Assembly: GCF_018350175.1 (NCBI RefSeq)
Contig: NC_058368.1
Coordinates: 96,970,001-97,034,000, forward strand
DNA from: Felis catus
Lineage: Eukaryota
Direction of reading: 5' to 3'
DNA: 64,000 nucleotides
Below the pieces are notes generated by a model. It saw only the letters and a program-made list of their open reading frames with translations, did not search any database and was not told the origin of the DNA. The translations under genes were made by a program, and so were the position numbers. Shown piece after piece: positions 26,285 through 39,750 of the stretch. How positions within the stretch are numbered: the first letter of the stretch is position 1; each line of letters starts with the position of its first letter.

Positions 26285-27574
26285 TGGGCAGACCGCCCGT
26301 GCCGCAGCGGGAGAGGAGGGAACATCCTCTCCAGTCAGTCAGTCTGAAGACGCAGAGCAGCCCAGGTGACTGAAGGTGTCCAACTCATAGAGGTAGAGAT
26401 AGCAATGTAACCAAAGCCATCTGTATATACCATGAAGAATTTGTAGGGTTTTATAGGGTTTCTCTTTTTTTAGGAAAGAAGTACATCCTTGTTCTGCACC
26501 TGAATTTTTAAGGGGATACCATTATTTAAAAAGAATTATTCTGGGTTCAGAGCCGACAAAGCCAAAAATCCTTAAGATCCATACCAAAATGGTTTAGTAG
26601 AAGGCCATGTTTTTGGCGAACTCAGCATATGTAAAATTCAACATATCATATGTCATGGCAGGTATTTTCCCATTTTCTCAATGATTTATATCAATTTAGT
26701 TTACTAGTATCTCCTTCTTCCACCCAGTGTCACCCCAACAACAATTATTCCCTTTTTCAGAAGGGCAGACATTTGTCCTTATTCATCCAGCATAAATTAA
26801 GTGGCCCCTATTAGGTGCCAAGACATTTTATTAGGAACTGGAGATGATCAAAGCTGAACAAGATTAAATCCCTTCTTATAAGGAGATTAAGAAATGCAGT
26901 GTGGAGGACCCCAAACCAGAAAACACTCACTTACTGAGCTGTCACAAATCTTGAGGAAAAACCTAGAAACTGGAAACTGTAAGATAAACAGTTTGCAGAG
27001 GTCCAAGATGTCACAGCACACAGAGAGAGCAGAAAACTCCATACCATGAAAGATACTGTGTATTTATTTAATTTTTTAGCTCATCTTTAAAGCAGAACTC
27101 TGGCTATAGAAATGGTAGAGAGCTGTGATGAACACGTTTAATAAGTGAAAAACACAGGTGAGAAAAATACCAAGCGTTACAATTTCATCTGCACAAGTCT
27201 TAGACCAGTCAAGAGGAAAAATCAATCAGCAGGCATTTGATCTGTGTTTTCTTGATACCATTAGTTCTGTCACTAATCCAGCATCCTGTGAGCTGGGGTT
27301 TGTTTTTCTTACTTGTGTTATTAATTTATTAGTGTAAATTTACACCTGTCAACATAGATTTACAGCAGTGGAACTACCTCCCACAAATATTATAGTCTTC
27401 AAGGACACACAGTTAAGAACACTTAAATTGCTTTACCTCTTGCTAATATAGTTGAGCTCCACTTAGATGAAAAGATAAACGGCCAGAATTTTTCTGCTAG
27501 GAAAATTATTTGGTAATAATTCTGATTTTTTTTTTATTTTCCTCCTGGCTTTTCTTAAAAGTTCTAAAGTTATT

Positions 27575-27624
27575 TTCATCTATGAATCACTGCTTCATCT
27601 ATGAATCACTGCTTCATCTATGAA
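27575..27624. repeat. 19-bp tandem repeat (ttcatctatgaatcactgc) x2.6
   Basis: Direct reading. Confidence 0.9.
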
Positions 27625-27917
27625 CCAATGCCAACCTAATGATGATACTAATTCTGTCCACATGGGGACACCGCAGAAAAGAGAGCTCAATTTCACCCCC
27701 TATTTTGCAGCAGGACTTCCGTACTTTACAGTCACCTTCACTTACATTCTTTTCATTATTATTATAGCAGATGAAGCTCTTAGCATTGCAGGCGTATAAA
27801 AAATGGAATTCACGTGCTTGGGACTGTGTGGTAAAGGGCAACTGATTAGGAGGGGAGCCTCCTGCTCACAAAAAGCATTCAAGGTTGTGTTAAAAAAAAA
27901 ATTGTTTTTTTTTAACT

Positions 27918-28172
27918 GGGGGGGTGGTACCCGGATGGCTCAGTCAGTTAAGCATCTGACTTCTGCTCAGGTCATGATCTCATGGATCGTGGGTTCAAGT
28001 CCTGTCCGTGTAGGGTTCTGGGCTGACAGCTCAGAGCCTGGAGCCTGCTTCAGATTCTGTGTCTACTTTTCTCTCTGCCCCTTCCCAGCTCATGTTCTGT
28101 CTCTCTCTGTCTCTCAAAAATAAGTAAACATTAAAAAAAAATTTTTTTAAAGAAAAAAAAAAAAAGAAGAAG
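27918..28172 (+). mobile_element. Can-SINE with extra 5' sequence inside the TSD
   Basis: 15-bp TSD aagcattcaaggttg at 27873-27887 and 28173-28187. Confidence 0.93.
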
Positions 28173-28259
28173 AAGCATTCAAGGTTGCCCACAACAGAAA
28201 ACCAGACTTCATGTGTCTGTAGACTACCTTCCCTTCAATCACTGCTCACCTAGGAGGAC

Positions 28260-29200
28260 ACAAACCCAGGACCTCATCATCTCTTGCCTAGATAATTCCA
28301 ACAGTCTCCTAACTGCCCTCCTGTCTACTCTTCAGATACCTGCCAAGTAATTCCCCTATCACATACAGCCTTAAACAGGATGTTTTGTTTTGGATTGCAT
28401 TGTGCCCTTGCTTAAAATCTTTCCATGGCATGAGAAACAATAAATGAAATCCAAACTCAGTAAGTATTCAAGAAACTCATGTCCTGGTCTCTGCCCACCT
28501 CACCCTCTAGCCTCTTCTCTGGGTCTCCCTCTTGCCCTTTTCTTTTTCAGTTTTTTGTTTTGTCTTGTTTTTTGTTTTTGTTTTTCTTTTGAGACAGCGA
28601 GTGGGGAGGGGGCACAGAGAGAGGGAGAGAGACAATCCCAAGCAGACTCTGTACTGTCAGTGTGGAGCTGGATGCAGGGCCCAGTCTCAGGAACCTTGAA
28701 ATCATGGCCTGAATCGAAATCAAGAGTCAGATACTTACCCACTTAACCAACTGAACCACCCAGGTGTCCCTCTCTCTTGCTCTTTTTATTCGAGATCTAA
28801 CCCACCCTGAGAGCTATTTACCATTATGTGCCACACCCGGCTGCATTTCCTAGCTTGGTGACTTCTTTGTGCCTGGGATGTTTTCCCTTTTGAGCCTCCC
28901 CCTGGTCCGACTATTCCAGGTGCCTGACAAACACCTGGTCATCTGAAGAAATTCAAGTTTCATCTCTCTACAAAACCTTTTCCACTCCCCGCACCCTTAC
29001 CCCAACCTCGACAGGCACAAAAGACCATCCCCTTTCTTTGCATCGCCTGAGTATCCCCTGTAGAGTCCCATCAGCCTCCCTGTAATGGGTTAGGAAACAT
29101 CTTGCTTCTCAAGTCTGTAACTCTGTGTCACACTCCCATAAGGCAGAGGCCATGCCCTCTTTGTGTCTCCTGGAACTGCCTTCAAGGACATTGCAACATC
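28260..29200 (+). mobile_element. L2 fragment interrupted by SINE
   Basis: 'catcatctcttgcctagataattccaacagtctcctaactg', 'gcttaaaatctttccatggc', 'gcctgggatgttttccc' are L2 3' motifs. Confidence 0.6.
28537..28770 (-). mobile_element. Can-SINE
   Basis: T-rich tail, GA body, head ends cccaggtgtccc. Confidence 0.92.
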
Positions 29201-29334
29201 ACTGGGACTAGAAAACCTACACGTGCAACAGCTGCAAATACCAAGCAACGGTGTTTGATGACGTGCTAAGGAACGTATATCTTCCCCGAAGCACCCAGAA
29301 TGCCCTAAGAAATCACGTGGCATGTTGGGAAGTG

Positions 29335-29500
29335 TTCTGCTGTCAGACAGACCTGAATGCACACTCTGACCATTCACCTCCGACCCGGTGACCATGGATC
29401 CGTCAGGTCCTTTCCCTGTGCTGAGCCAGGATAACAGCGCCCACCTCACAGAGTACTTGTGTGAAGATCAGATGAGATATGTGAGAACCCAACACAGCAG
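29335..29500 (+). mobile_element. MIR fragment
   Basis: 'gtcagacagacctg..ataacagcgcccacctcacagag..tgtgaagatcagatgagat'. Confidence 0.6.
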
Positions 29501-30550
29501 CTGCTAAGAAAATATCCATTTTTGCCCCTTTTCTCTGGGAAGTGACAGCGATTATATGTGCTAAATGACTCAAGCACAGCTTCTTAAAGAAAGTGAGGTT
29601 TGAGCTTGACCTTTAAGCCAGGAGGATTTCGGATGGCTTTTGATAGAAAGCACCATCCATACATGGAAATAGCTCACCACAAAGGTTCTGACCTGCGTCA
29701 AGCTCTTCCCAGATGTACCCAAGATGCCGAGTCGGTCCCATAGTTCAGCCCCTCGTTGCAATGTGAGAGTAATCATACAGGAACATAACCAAGCTTCAAA
29801 ATCCAAGAATAGTTCAAATTAGAGAGGAGACATAAAATCAGCTTATGTACTTAGGAGAGACCCATTCTTCAGTGAAAGAATGTTCCAAAAAATGATGTTG
29901 AGGAGCATGGGGCTATTTACTCCTTTGCACAAAAGTAAGCATTATGCTACCAGACAGCAAGGCTGGCATGACAACATCTACTGACATTTAAACAAACAGA
30001 GTTGGTAATTATTTCCAGGTGTGGATGGTTTGAATGTTACAGAGAAGTCTAAAGCAATCTCCTCTACTTTTATGGTTAAGTGTTCAAGATGCATCTTTTT
30101 TTTTTCCTTTTTACATCTGAATGTCTTCATGGCTGAAGGGAGGCCAGCATGGCCTAGAAAACAATTTGCAATGATGTGTAAAGTAGTTACATTTTCCAAT
30201 AAGTCTGGCTGCTCAATTATTCCACCCATATTAATAGCTCTTGTGGCATTTGAAGTGTGAGAGTCTCAATCCAATCACCCACTTCAGCCAGAGGAGAGCA
30301 AGCGCTACCCGAATGGGATATGGTCCAAGTATGAAGTTCATTACAAGCTCCAGCCTTTGTCCTGACCGGTTCCAGCAGCAGCTTGCTGTCACTGAGAAGG
30401 GGTGCTGTCAGCAGGCTGGCCTGCTATCTGTGATGCGACTTCATTTTGCTTCAGATCTGCAGCTAGGTTTGTGCTATCAGAAAAACCAAAGCAATTGATT
30501 TCTTTCTACCTCTGTTGAGATAAGTGGAACAATGTGTAATTTGGTTTAGG

Positions 30551-30581
<31 letters not shown>

Positions 30582-30864
30582 AGATTGTAGGAAGAGGTTT
30601 AAAGAAGGAGATAGAGACACAAACGGCAGTTTTCACAGTACCTTGATCATAGTGGGAACTTAATCAATTTAAAGAGAACTACAAAGAATTGAAATAAAAA
30701 ATCCAAAGATAAGAAAACAGAAGCGAAGGAATGAAATGTTGCAATAGTTGTTTATCATACCATTCCTGTTGGGTTTTCTCAAGTATGGTCAACCTCCATT
30801 GACTGAGCTGTGCTCCCTGTCTCTAAAATCTAATCTGCACACAGTATCCACAGTGCTTCTTTTT

Positions 30865-31080
30865 AAAAAACCTTTTTAAAAGTTTGTTTCTTTTTTGAGA
30901 GAGAGAGACAGAGCGCAAGCAGGGGAGGGGCAGAGAGAGAGGGAGACACAGAATCTGAAGCAGGCTCCAGGCTCTGAGCTGTCAGCACAGAGCCCAAAAC
31001 AGGGCTGGAACTCACAAACCAGGAGATCATGACCTGAGGCGAAGTCATATGTTCAACCAACTGAGCCACCCAGGCGCCCC
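30865..31080 (-). mobile_element. Can-SINE inserted in L2
   Basis: TSD cacagtgcttcttttt at 30849-30864 and 31081-31096. Confidence 0.96.
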
Positions 31081-31084
31081 CACA

Positions 31085-31610
31085 GTGCTTCTTTTTAAAT
31101 GTTAAGTCAGATCCTATCATTTCTTTGTTCATAGCTCTAAAGGCTTCCCACCTCACTCAGCATAAAATCTAAATGCTTCACCAAGGCCCTCAAGCCTCTC
31201 CTGAGCTTTCCAGCTTCACCCCCACCACCCTCCTGAGCTTACTCCAACTCTGAACAGGAAGCCCACTCCTGCCTTGGGCTTCGCACATGCTCTTCCATTC
31301 TCCACCCCACCCCAGCCCCTCGAAGCCTTCCTCTTTGAGCAGGTCTGCTCAAATACCATCAACTCAGTTGTCACCTACCCAAATGTCACCTTCCCCGACC
31401 ACCACATCTAATGTACAAGCTCCATCACTGTTTACCCCCTCGCCCTGCTTTCTTCTCAGCAGTTGTCATTACCACACATTAAATTCTTTGTCTAGCTGCT
31501 CATCAGTTTATCTGTCTTGTACATTAGACTGGTAGCTACAAGATGGGGGATGTTGTACCCCAGAGTCTGGAATACTGGGTGTCACAGTACAGATAATAAA
31601 TGTTACAGAA
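31085..31610 (+). mobile_element. L2 3' fragment
   Basis: 'aagtcagatc..ggcttcccacctcactcagcataaaatctaaa', 'caaatgtcaccttc', ends with aataaatgtt. Confidence 0.65.
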
Positions 31611-32934
31611 GTGAGAGAGAAGAAGAAGGACAAGAAGAATGCTCCCCTATCTTTCTACTAAAATGTTTGTATCTTTGTTCCCCAAGTAACTGGACGCAGG
31701 ACTGTTTGGTCAGCAACTACTTATCTCTGTTGATCCATCTGCTAGAGATCATAACACCAGGGAATGCACGCACTTTGGAACCAGTGAGACCAGAATTTAA
31801 ATCCCATCCCCATCACCACATTGCTTTTTGACTTTGGACAAGTTTTTCAACCTCCTGATGGAATTTTACAGTTGATAAAACTTTAAACACTCACGAGTAT
31901 TGGGCTAGACACTGGTGATTCCTCCGAAAAATTATTACAAGAATTAAATTAGGTAACTTCCATTAAAACTAACTTGACCCACCCCCAAATGCATAATTGA
32001 TCAATATTAGCTCTCTGTCCCTTCTACCCTCCACACCATCCTCCCAGCGGTCTTCCATGGTATTCTGCCCAATAAATGCACCCAAGATAAGCAAAAATAA
32101 AAGGCTGCTATGAGTCTGTGAAAACCAACAGTGAACAAACAAGATAACTCAGATGAAGGTACACTGAAAAGTAACACAGCATACAAATAAATTGCAAGAA
32201 TTACCATTCCTGTCATCAAAACAACTTATCTTAGAGCCAGTTTTCTGCATTGTGAAATTTTAATCAAGCAGATTAGCTTGAAGAAAATCCAAGTAAAGAG
32301 GACTCAGGGATAAAGAATAACCCCAAGTGAAGACAAAACAGGGAAAGAAGAGGATGAGTTTCAAGTAATGGCCATAGCAGGGTCTGAGTGTCAGGGTCCA
32401 ACTGGCAAGAGGCTTCAGTAAGTGCTCCGTGAGACTCACACAGACTAGAGTTTCCATCTTTGCAGGAGAAGCAAGAGAAGCAGGTAACACTACAGGCTCC
32501 TTTGTGGCCATCTTTCCTGCTGCTCTGGGGCCACCATCAAGCATGGGGAAGAATGAGCCACATGATACTGTGGAAATCATCTCACCGGTTAGCAGAGGGG
32601 AGTAAAATACAAGCAATGGAAGACCTCAGCTCATATTTATCATCAGCCAAATGGACTCTTCTTGAATCACCTCCCTCAAGCACATAGAGCTGCAGGGAAG
32701 GGAGCTAATATTTTCCCATATTCCTGCAATAAGCTGGATCTTGTGCTAGACACCATCACATACATTATCGCATTTTTATTTTCACAATAATCCAAGGAAG
32801 CTTTATTATCCCCATTTTCCGAAGGAAACAAAATGAGACTTGGGAAGCTACTGGAAATATCAAAGCTGGAAAATAGCATTTTGTTCCAGCTCTGTAAAAA
32901 CAAGAGCCAACTCATCCCTCTCATTTGTAGAAGA

Positions 32935-33153
32935 GTGCTTTATAATTTCTGAAGTGTTTTCATGAACAAAACCATGACCTTCACACACACCTTGAGAGGC
33001 AAATAATACCATATTATTATTCCCACTAAATAATGAAAGGAGCTGAGGCTCAGAGTAATTGAGTGATTTGTCTAAAACTGCAGAGCCAGTAAGTGGCAGA
33101 AGTGGGATTTGGATCCACTTTCCTAATTCTAAGACCAGTGCTCTGTCTACTAT
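32935..33153 (-). mobile_element. MIR
   Basis: 'gctgaggctcagag..gtgatttgtctaa..agtaagtggcagaagtgggatttg' is the antisense MIR core. Confidence 0.75.
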
Positions 33154-33784
33154 GATTCTCTACTTTTCAGAAGATTACTAGGTTTGAGGAAACCCTTTGT
33201 ATTTTGAATCTGAGCTGGCAAAGAACACAGTTTTCAGCTAAAACTAAGAGGTCAACCTCCATGAATTACTTTGGTTAACAAAAGCTATTGATACCTCAAA
33301 ACCTCAGACTCAGCACTATAAATCTTACTTCTTACTTAGGTAAAAGTCCAAGCAAGTACCCTTCGCACCTGGTAATTTAAGGATCCGGGCTCCATTCATC
33401 CTTACTTGGGCCTCAGAATCCTGTTACCCAGGCAGAAGGGAAAGAAATAGGCCCACACCATGTCAGCTATATTCCACCAAAGACCTACTCATTGAGCTGG
33501 TCATCCGGGCCATTCCTGGATTCGAGTGGGCCAAGTAGTCTAGGAGCAATTCTGTGTTGCATGGAAAGGAGAGCATGAATTGTCAATGAATAACTGGCCA
33601 ACTCTATCACACCCTACTAACGCAACCAATGAAGGGTAAGTAACCGTAAGATAATTCCTTAAAGTCCGAGGTCAACTTAGACTGTTCTGCATAGCCACAA
33701 GTATTTTTTTTATTGTTTTTAATTATTTGCTGCTACTATGTGTTCTTTTGAATAATAACAAATGAATGGGCACTTGTCCCCAAG

Positions 33785-33935
33785 GACAGTGGATTCTTAT
33801 CCATCAAGGAGTCTGAGATTACCTAGGATGCATGCTAAAAAAATACATAGATTCCCCACAGCCAAATGCGGAGGTATTTTCACAAGTGATTCTGACGCCA
33901 CAGGCCCACAGACCATACTCTGTGAAATATAGACT
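33785..33935. mobile_element. MER5A-like hAT MITE relic
   Basis: 'cagtgg..gattacctagg..aaaatacatagattcc..agtgattctga..cccacagaccatactctg'. Confidence 0.55.
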
Positions 33936-35541
33936 TACAACCACAGTTATTTCATGACTGGTGGTTACACAATGGCTGCTTAATGTTAGATTGGAGAGGG
34001 GAGAAATGCATCAGTCTTCTGACAGCCCCCTCACAAAACCTCAGCAGAAGTCAGCTCTGGGAAGGAGCAGAAAAACTATGTGGTTTCAGATTTTCCACAT
34101 CCAAGCAACACCCACTCCCACAAAGGGTTTGTTTTGCCAACCAGGTTCTATTTTCTGGTCTCCTTGACAATGCAAAAGCAACCAGGCCCTTCACAGAGAC
34201 TCGCTTCCTTTAAATGGCAGGAGTTGCCTCACAAGGGCAAAGGAGACAAAGATTGATTGAGCGGATCTAAGACCTAGAAAAAAATAACATCCATATTTAA
34301 TAACTTCTATTTTGCCTACAACACTGGGACTCTCTCTGGAATGGGCAAAAGCCAGGGTAGGTGGTATGGGCCATGCTCAAGATATGAAACCAAGTTGCTG
34401 CTCATTAACCTTGCATAACATGACATCTGATTCTTCCTTAACATGGACAACAAATCACATCTCATATCAAGCGGTTGCCCCAGAAGCCTTCAAACTATTT
34501 TAAGCCCAGTGCTGTGTCCCAGAAATCATTCTGAATGTTATCGACAGCGATCCTGAGGAATTCAAGAACAGTCAGTCAAAGCAAGTAATTCAAAATACTT
34601 TCCACTTTGGGTGTCTTGAAAAGAGCTTTTTATTGGAAAAACAGAAATAAGCTAAGATTTAGAATGCTTGGCTTCATCCTGATTGCCAGGTTTTACAATT
34701 GTTTATTGAGCTAGATAGAATAAAAGAAAGAGACATGTTCAGGGAGCTCCTGAATGTGAGCTGGGACAGGTGGCTGGGGACAAAGTTAAGCCAATGTAAT
34801 TGATCAGACCTGCAGCAGAGCCCAGCAACTGTGGGCGGGGGGGAGCAGGGAGTCATGATGTGGGTACACATCCCCACCTACTCGGGGGTCTCCTTGAGTG
34901 TGACCCTTTAGATAAGGTATCTTGGAAACACTGGAGGGTAACCCAGCAAGAGATGCACACCATCCTCAGAGCCCTGACAAACTCCCAATTCTCGAACATA
35001 ATGAATCAAATTATTGTCCATGAACTTCAAGCTCCCTGACTCCTTTGCCTCTGCACACCTCCAGTACTCACAGCCATTACTCTCCCAACGTGTCTTGAAG
35101 TTCTAATTAGACAACCCTCCCGCCATGTTGCTTTTCTGCTGCTCTGTCTCTCACATACCCGACCTACTCACATCACCAAGCTTCCCTCTTCTTTCATAAG
35201 ATATTCCCAGGCCTTCATTTACTAGGCATAGTGGGTTATCTGCCTATTATGGTCACTATCACCCTCCAGATCAGTGACTCCAAGGTCCACCTTGCTTCCT
35301 CCATCTCCTTCGCACCTTCCACAATCACAGCACAGCCATCTTAGGCAAAATCTCCCACCAGTCCCCTCCAATTGTCCCAGTCACCCCAGATTCAGGCATT
35401 GCTATTGTTTCCCTGCACTGGTTTCTGTCTGTGTTTCCCACCTCCAATATCTGCTTATTCCAATCTACCCTTCAAACTATGCCCAGTTTACTTGGCAAAT
35501 AAGTAACCTTTAACATTCTGATCCTGAAGAAGTCATGCTAT

Positions 35542-35998
35542 TGTGATTGTATTAATGATCCCAATTTTTCACTTGTCCTTGAATCTACATGTCATGTTCT
35601 TTGCCATGCAAATCTGTGGTTCCATTCCATACTGACTCTGGCCTTGGTCATGAGACTTGTTTAGCCAATAAGATGCTTGCTTAAAAAGCACTCATGTAAT
35701 CGGCCTTGACTGCTCTCACTTTTCTATAGTGCCACGACAGCTTGCATAGGCTGGCCTACTGGTTGAGAGACATATTAAGAACTGAGTGTCCCCAGTCATT
35801 CTGGCAGGGGCATTCTTAGATCAGCCAAAAGTCCAACACCAGAAATAGGAATGGGCCTAGCTGAGACCAAAAGAAATCAGCCAAGTTCAGCCTACATCAT
35901 CAACCCACAGACTAAGTAAATAAATGCTTATTGTTTTTAGCCACTGATATGCGGGGTGGTTTGTTATAAGGCTTTATTGTGGCAACACACAATAAATA
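35542..35998 (+). mobile_element. MLT1G/H-like MaLR LTR
   Basis: 'tgactctggccttggtcatgagacttg..gccaat', 'aataaatgcttattgtttttagccactga..ggggtggtttgtta'. Confidence 0.75.
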
Positions 35999-36789
35999 TG
36001 GCAAATCACAATACAAGAAGTGATTTCAGAGATTACCTAGCCCCATCTTGGTCAAAACTGAAGTTTCCCCTTCATGTCACCACTGTCCTCTACTGTCCCA
36101 ACTGTGGAGTTTGCATGCTCCTGGGTTAGTCAATAGAACATGTCAGATCTGGAAAGACTTTCTCATACAGGCAACCACAAGTCCCCACTGGATGACTGGA
36201 GCAGACTCCTGGTGATGTTCAAGGTCCAGCAATGAAAGCAGTAAGTGTGTGGTGATTCAGCTTCCTCAGAGCTTCAGTAACAGTAGAGTTTTTAATTTTT
36301 ACCATCATTATTATTTTTTAACAGTAGAGTTTTTATAGTCTGGACTCTGAGATCAGGAAAAACAAATGTAAAAGCGTGCATCTGAATCTTTCCCTTCACA
36401 CTGATCAGCAGCTTTCCAAAAGAATAGTTGAGTCTTGGTAGGATTTGCTTCTATCTGTCCCATGTCTATGTTTGGGGGTTCTAGGGGAGCAAGTGGGAAT
36501 AATAGAAGAAATCCTTGGGATACAAGGGAAGGGATTTTTCAAGGATTATGGAGAAGAGGAAGAAATCAACTGGTACTTTCAAATATCATCCCATATTTGT
36601 GTTTTCCCTCCAAGTTGAATCTGAATTTTTTGAGAAAAGATTCTCAAGCCAGTCCCCTTTTGAGGAGGCAGTAGAAGCAAGGGAAAGAAAACTAGATTTA
36701 AAATCATGAACTCTGTGATTTGGGAAGGTGGCTTAATCTCTGTTTACTGAGAATCAACAGATAAACATGTTGTCTTATGTAATCAGAGA

Positions 36790-36875
36790 AGATAGGATAG
36801 GACAGGATAGGATAGGATAGGATAAGACAGGATTAGGTAGGCAGGTAGATAGATAGATAGACAGAATAAATAGAT
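36790..36875. repeat. (GATAG)n/(GATA)n microsatellite
   Basis: Direct reading. Confidence 0.85.
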
Positions 36876-37179
36876 CAGTTTTTAACTATTACCTCCTCCC
36901 CCTAAAAAATCATACTCTATGTTACACTAGCCTATTTATTTCTATTACATTACTACTTTTTATTTTCTTATAGCACTTTATCATTATCCAAAATTATCTT
37001 ATATATGTATTTGTGTGGGGTTTTGCCTATTTTCCCCAGCTCAAATGTAAGCTCCATGAAGGTAGGAGCTCCATGAGAAGAGAATCTCACTAGGGCATAC
37101 TATTTTACTGTTGTATCTCAAGATTTTGGATTTTAGAAATTGTTAGGTATATGATAGCCACTCAATAATTAATAATTAC

Positions 37180-37325
37180 AAGGAAAAAAAGAAAGAGGGA
37201 AGGAAGGAGGGAAGGAAGGAAGGAGGAAGGAAGGAAGGAAGGAAGGAAGGAAGGAAGGAAGGAAAGAAGAGTAGAAGGGAGGAAGGGAGGAAGGAAGGAA
37301 AAAGAGAAGGAAGATGAATGAATGC
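37180..37325. repeat. (GGAA)n microsatellite at an L2 3' end
   Basis: Direct reading; preceded by L2-like 'tgtaagctccatgaaggtagg' and followed by gaatgaatg. Confidence 0.85.
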
Positions 37326-38849
37326 ATGGATACTTTATCTCTAGGGCTATATAACTTCTTGTTAATAACATGCAATTCATAAAAGAAATTGTATTTCTTT
37401 GGGCACACTCGAGTTTATAGAGATAATTCCAGTTCATAAAAAGAAAGGTAATATTTTCTATGCATTATCAAAAAATTACTTGGTATTCATAGAAATATTT
37501 CAGTCCAAAGATTTCTGTGTTCTCTGATACTTAATTCATTCTCTGGATAATCATGAGTTTCATAATTCTGTATACATATACATGTACAGACCCCATCAAG
37601 ACCATAAAATAAGCCATTTAACCCTTCTGAGGATATTTCCTTGTCTCCCTAACTAAAAAGTTGAATAACTTGATTTTTATGATTACTTTTTAAATTCTAT
37701 GAGTTGATGATGATGAATAGGAAAAGTGACATTTCTGGCTGCAAGTTCTCCACCAAGAAACCAAAATCTTTTCCAGGCATGTTCTCAAAATCAAGTTAAC
37801 TACAGAAAAGCACTAAGGTTGGGTTTCAAAGTGCTATGTCTACATGTTGAAACTTGCTGCAGGAAAGTCACCTGGAATTTCAAAATCCTGATTTAAAAAC
37901 ACCCCTCTACCAACATTAATTTTGTATGTGAACTTCAGATGTGTTTGACCAGAGACTAAAGAAGCATTCTACAGCCAGGGGTCTCAAAGCCTACAAGGCA
38001 AGCCCTGCCACGAGCTCCAGCTATAGCTGTAGAAGTGCAAAATGCTCCTTGGCTTATGGCATAATCATACTGCTCTAAATCTTTCTATAAAGCTTCCTTG
38101 GAATAAAGCATGAAAGAGAACCCAAAATGACATTAATGGAACCTCCTTCCATCATCTTGATTCATCCTTATCATAGTAGGTGCTTTTGTCAAGGCTCTTG
38201 TTTACAAGGAACAGAAAACCTCTTAGCAAGGTTAAAGGGAGAAAAAGGACTTCTTGTTCAATGGTAAAATGTTGTCTTGTGGAATCTGGGGCAGAGATAT
38301 ATACCCGAACCCCAGTAGGGGTAAAAATGTTGACTAAGAGCCAGTAGGAACAAGGTCATAACCTTCTTGGCCTTTTCTTCATACCCTCACCCTCATCTTT
38401 ACTGTCTAGCAGGCTCAATCTCCTCTTCCCACAGACCTGATATTTCCCTTCTCCATGCCCACAGCCACCACCCAGCCCCCAAGTTCACACCATCATTTCA
38501 GTCCAAGCCACATGCAGAGGCTGTGACTAACACCTGCCTCAATCCAATCCACACTCCTGGGAAAGCGATGCTCATTGGCCCACATTAAGCCACATAACTC
38601 TTCTGTTCAAATTAACTATGATCAAGTGGGCAATCCCAAAGAGCAAATGTGACTGTGAGTGGTTCATCTAAGTCAAAAGGGGACAGGGTGCAGAAAAAGG
38701 AGGTCACGTTAAGTCACTCCAAAGGGGCCTAATAGTCTAATATACCATATCTTCAAAAAGGACTCTATCCAGAGGAAGGCCCTTATTATAAAGGCTAAGA
38801 AACTGCCATACTTAAGATTATTTCCAGTAGGCATCACTATACCACTTAT

Positions 38850-39299
38850 ATACACACATTTATTACCTTAAAATTCTGTAGATTAGAAGTCCAACATGGC
38901 TGTCACCAGGGTAAAATTGAGGTGTCAGCAGGGTAGTGTTCCTTTCAGGAGAATCTAGGGGAGGATACATTTTCTTGCCTTGTGTATCTTTCAGAAGCTA
39001 TCCACATTCCTTGATTCATAGTTCCTTTCTCCATTTTCAGCACTGGCCATGTTACATCTCTCGGACTATCTTTCCCCTCACATCTCTTGCTCTGATCACT
39101 GACTGAAAAATTTTCTGATTCGAGAGATCCAAGTGATTAGACTGGGCCCACTCAGAGTATCCAGGATAATCTCTCCATCTCTAGGACTTTAACGCAATCT
39201 CATCTGTAAATTTCCCCTTGCTATGTAAGGTAACATATTCACAGAGTCCTTGAATTATGATGTGGACACATTTGGGAAGTCATTATTCTGACTACTGCA
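38850..39299 (-). mobile_element. MLT1C/D-like MaLR LTR
   Basis: 'ttctgtagattagaagtccaacatgg', 'gattagactgggcccactcag..atccaggataatctctccatct', 'atgtaaggtaacatattcacag'. Confidence 0.85.
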
Positions 39300-39564
39300 G
39301 AAACGTTCTTGAAATTAAAAGACACTTACAATTTTCTCTCTTGGGTGTTCTTTTCTCATGTGCCTAAAACTCATCATTATTTCCTAACCCTTCATTCAGT
39401 GATCATTTCATAATGGAGAAACATAATCCTTGGGCATATGAAAATTTGAAGTTTTCAGCCTCACCTACAAAGGACTTATCAACATGCGATTTGATTAATA
39501 TCAGATACCTGCAATCACCACTTATCAATTCTATAAAAAAGCAAAAAAGCAGAATACAATTCTG

Positions 39565-39750
39565 AGCCCTTACTAATTCTCAAGCAGCTTCCTAGGCACT
39601 TCATGTCTCATTTCACTTAATCTTCAAAAAGACCCTGCCATTTTACGAGCCAATAGAAAGATGATAAATAAATTTTCCAAAGTCAAACAGTTAATGAGAA
39701 GTGGAGCCAAGATTCAAATGTGAAGCCTTGTCCATTTCCAGAGTTCCTAT
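39565..39750 (-). mobile_element. MIR fragment
   Basis: 'ctaggcactttcatgtctcatttcacttaatcttca..agtggagccaagattcaaa'. Confidence 0.6.
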
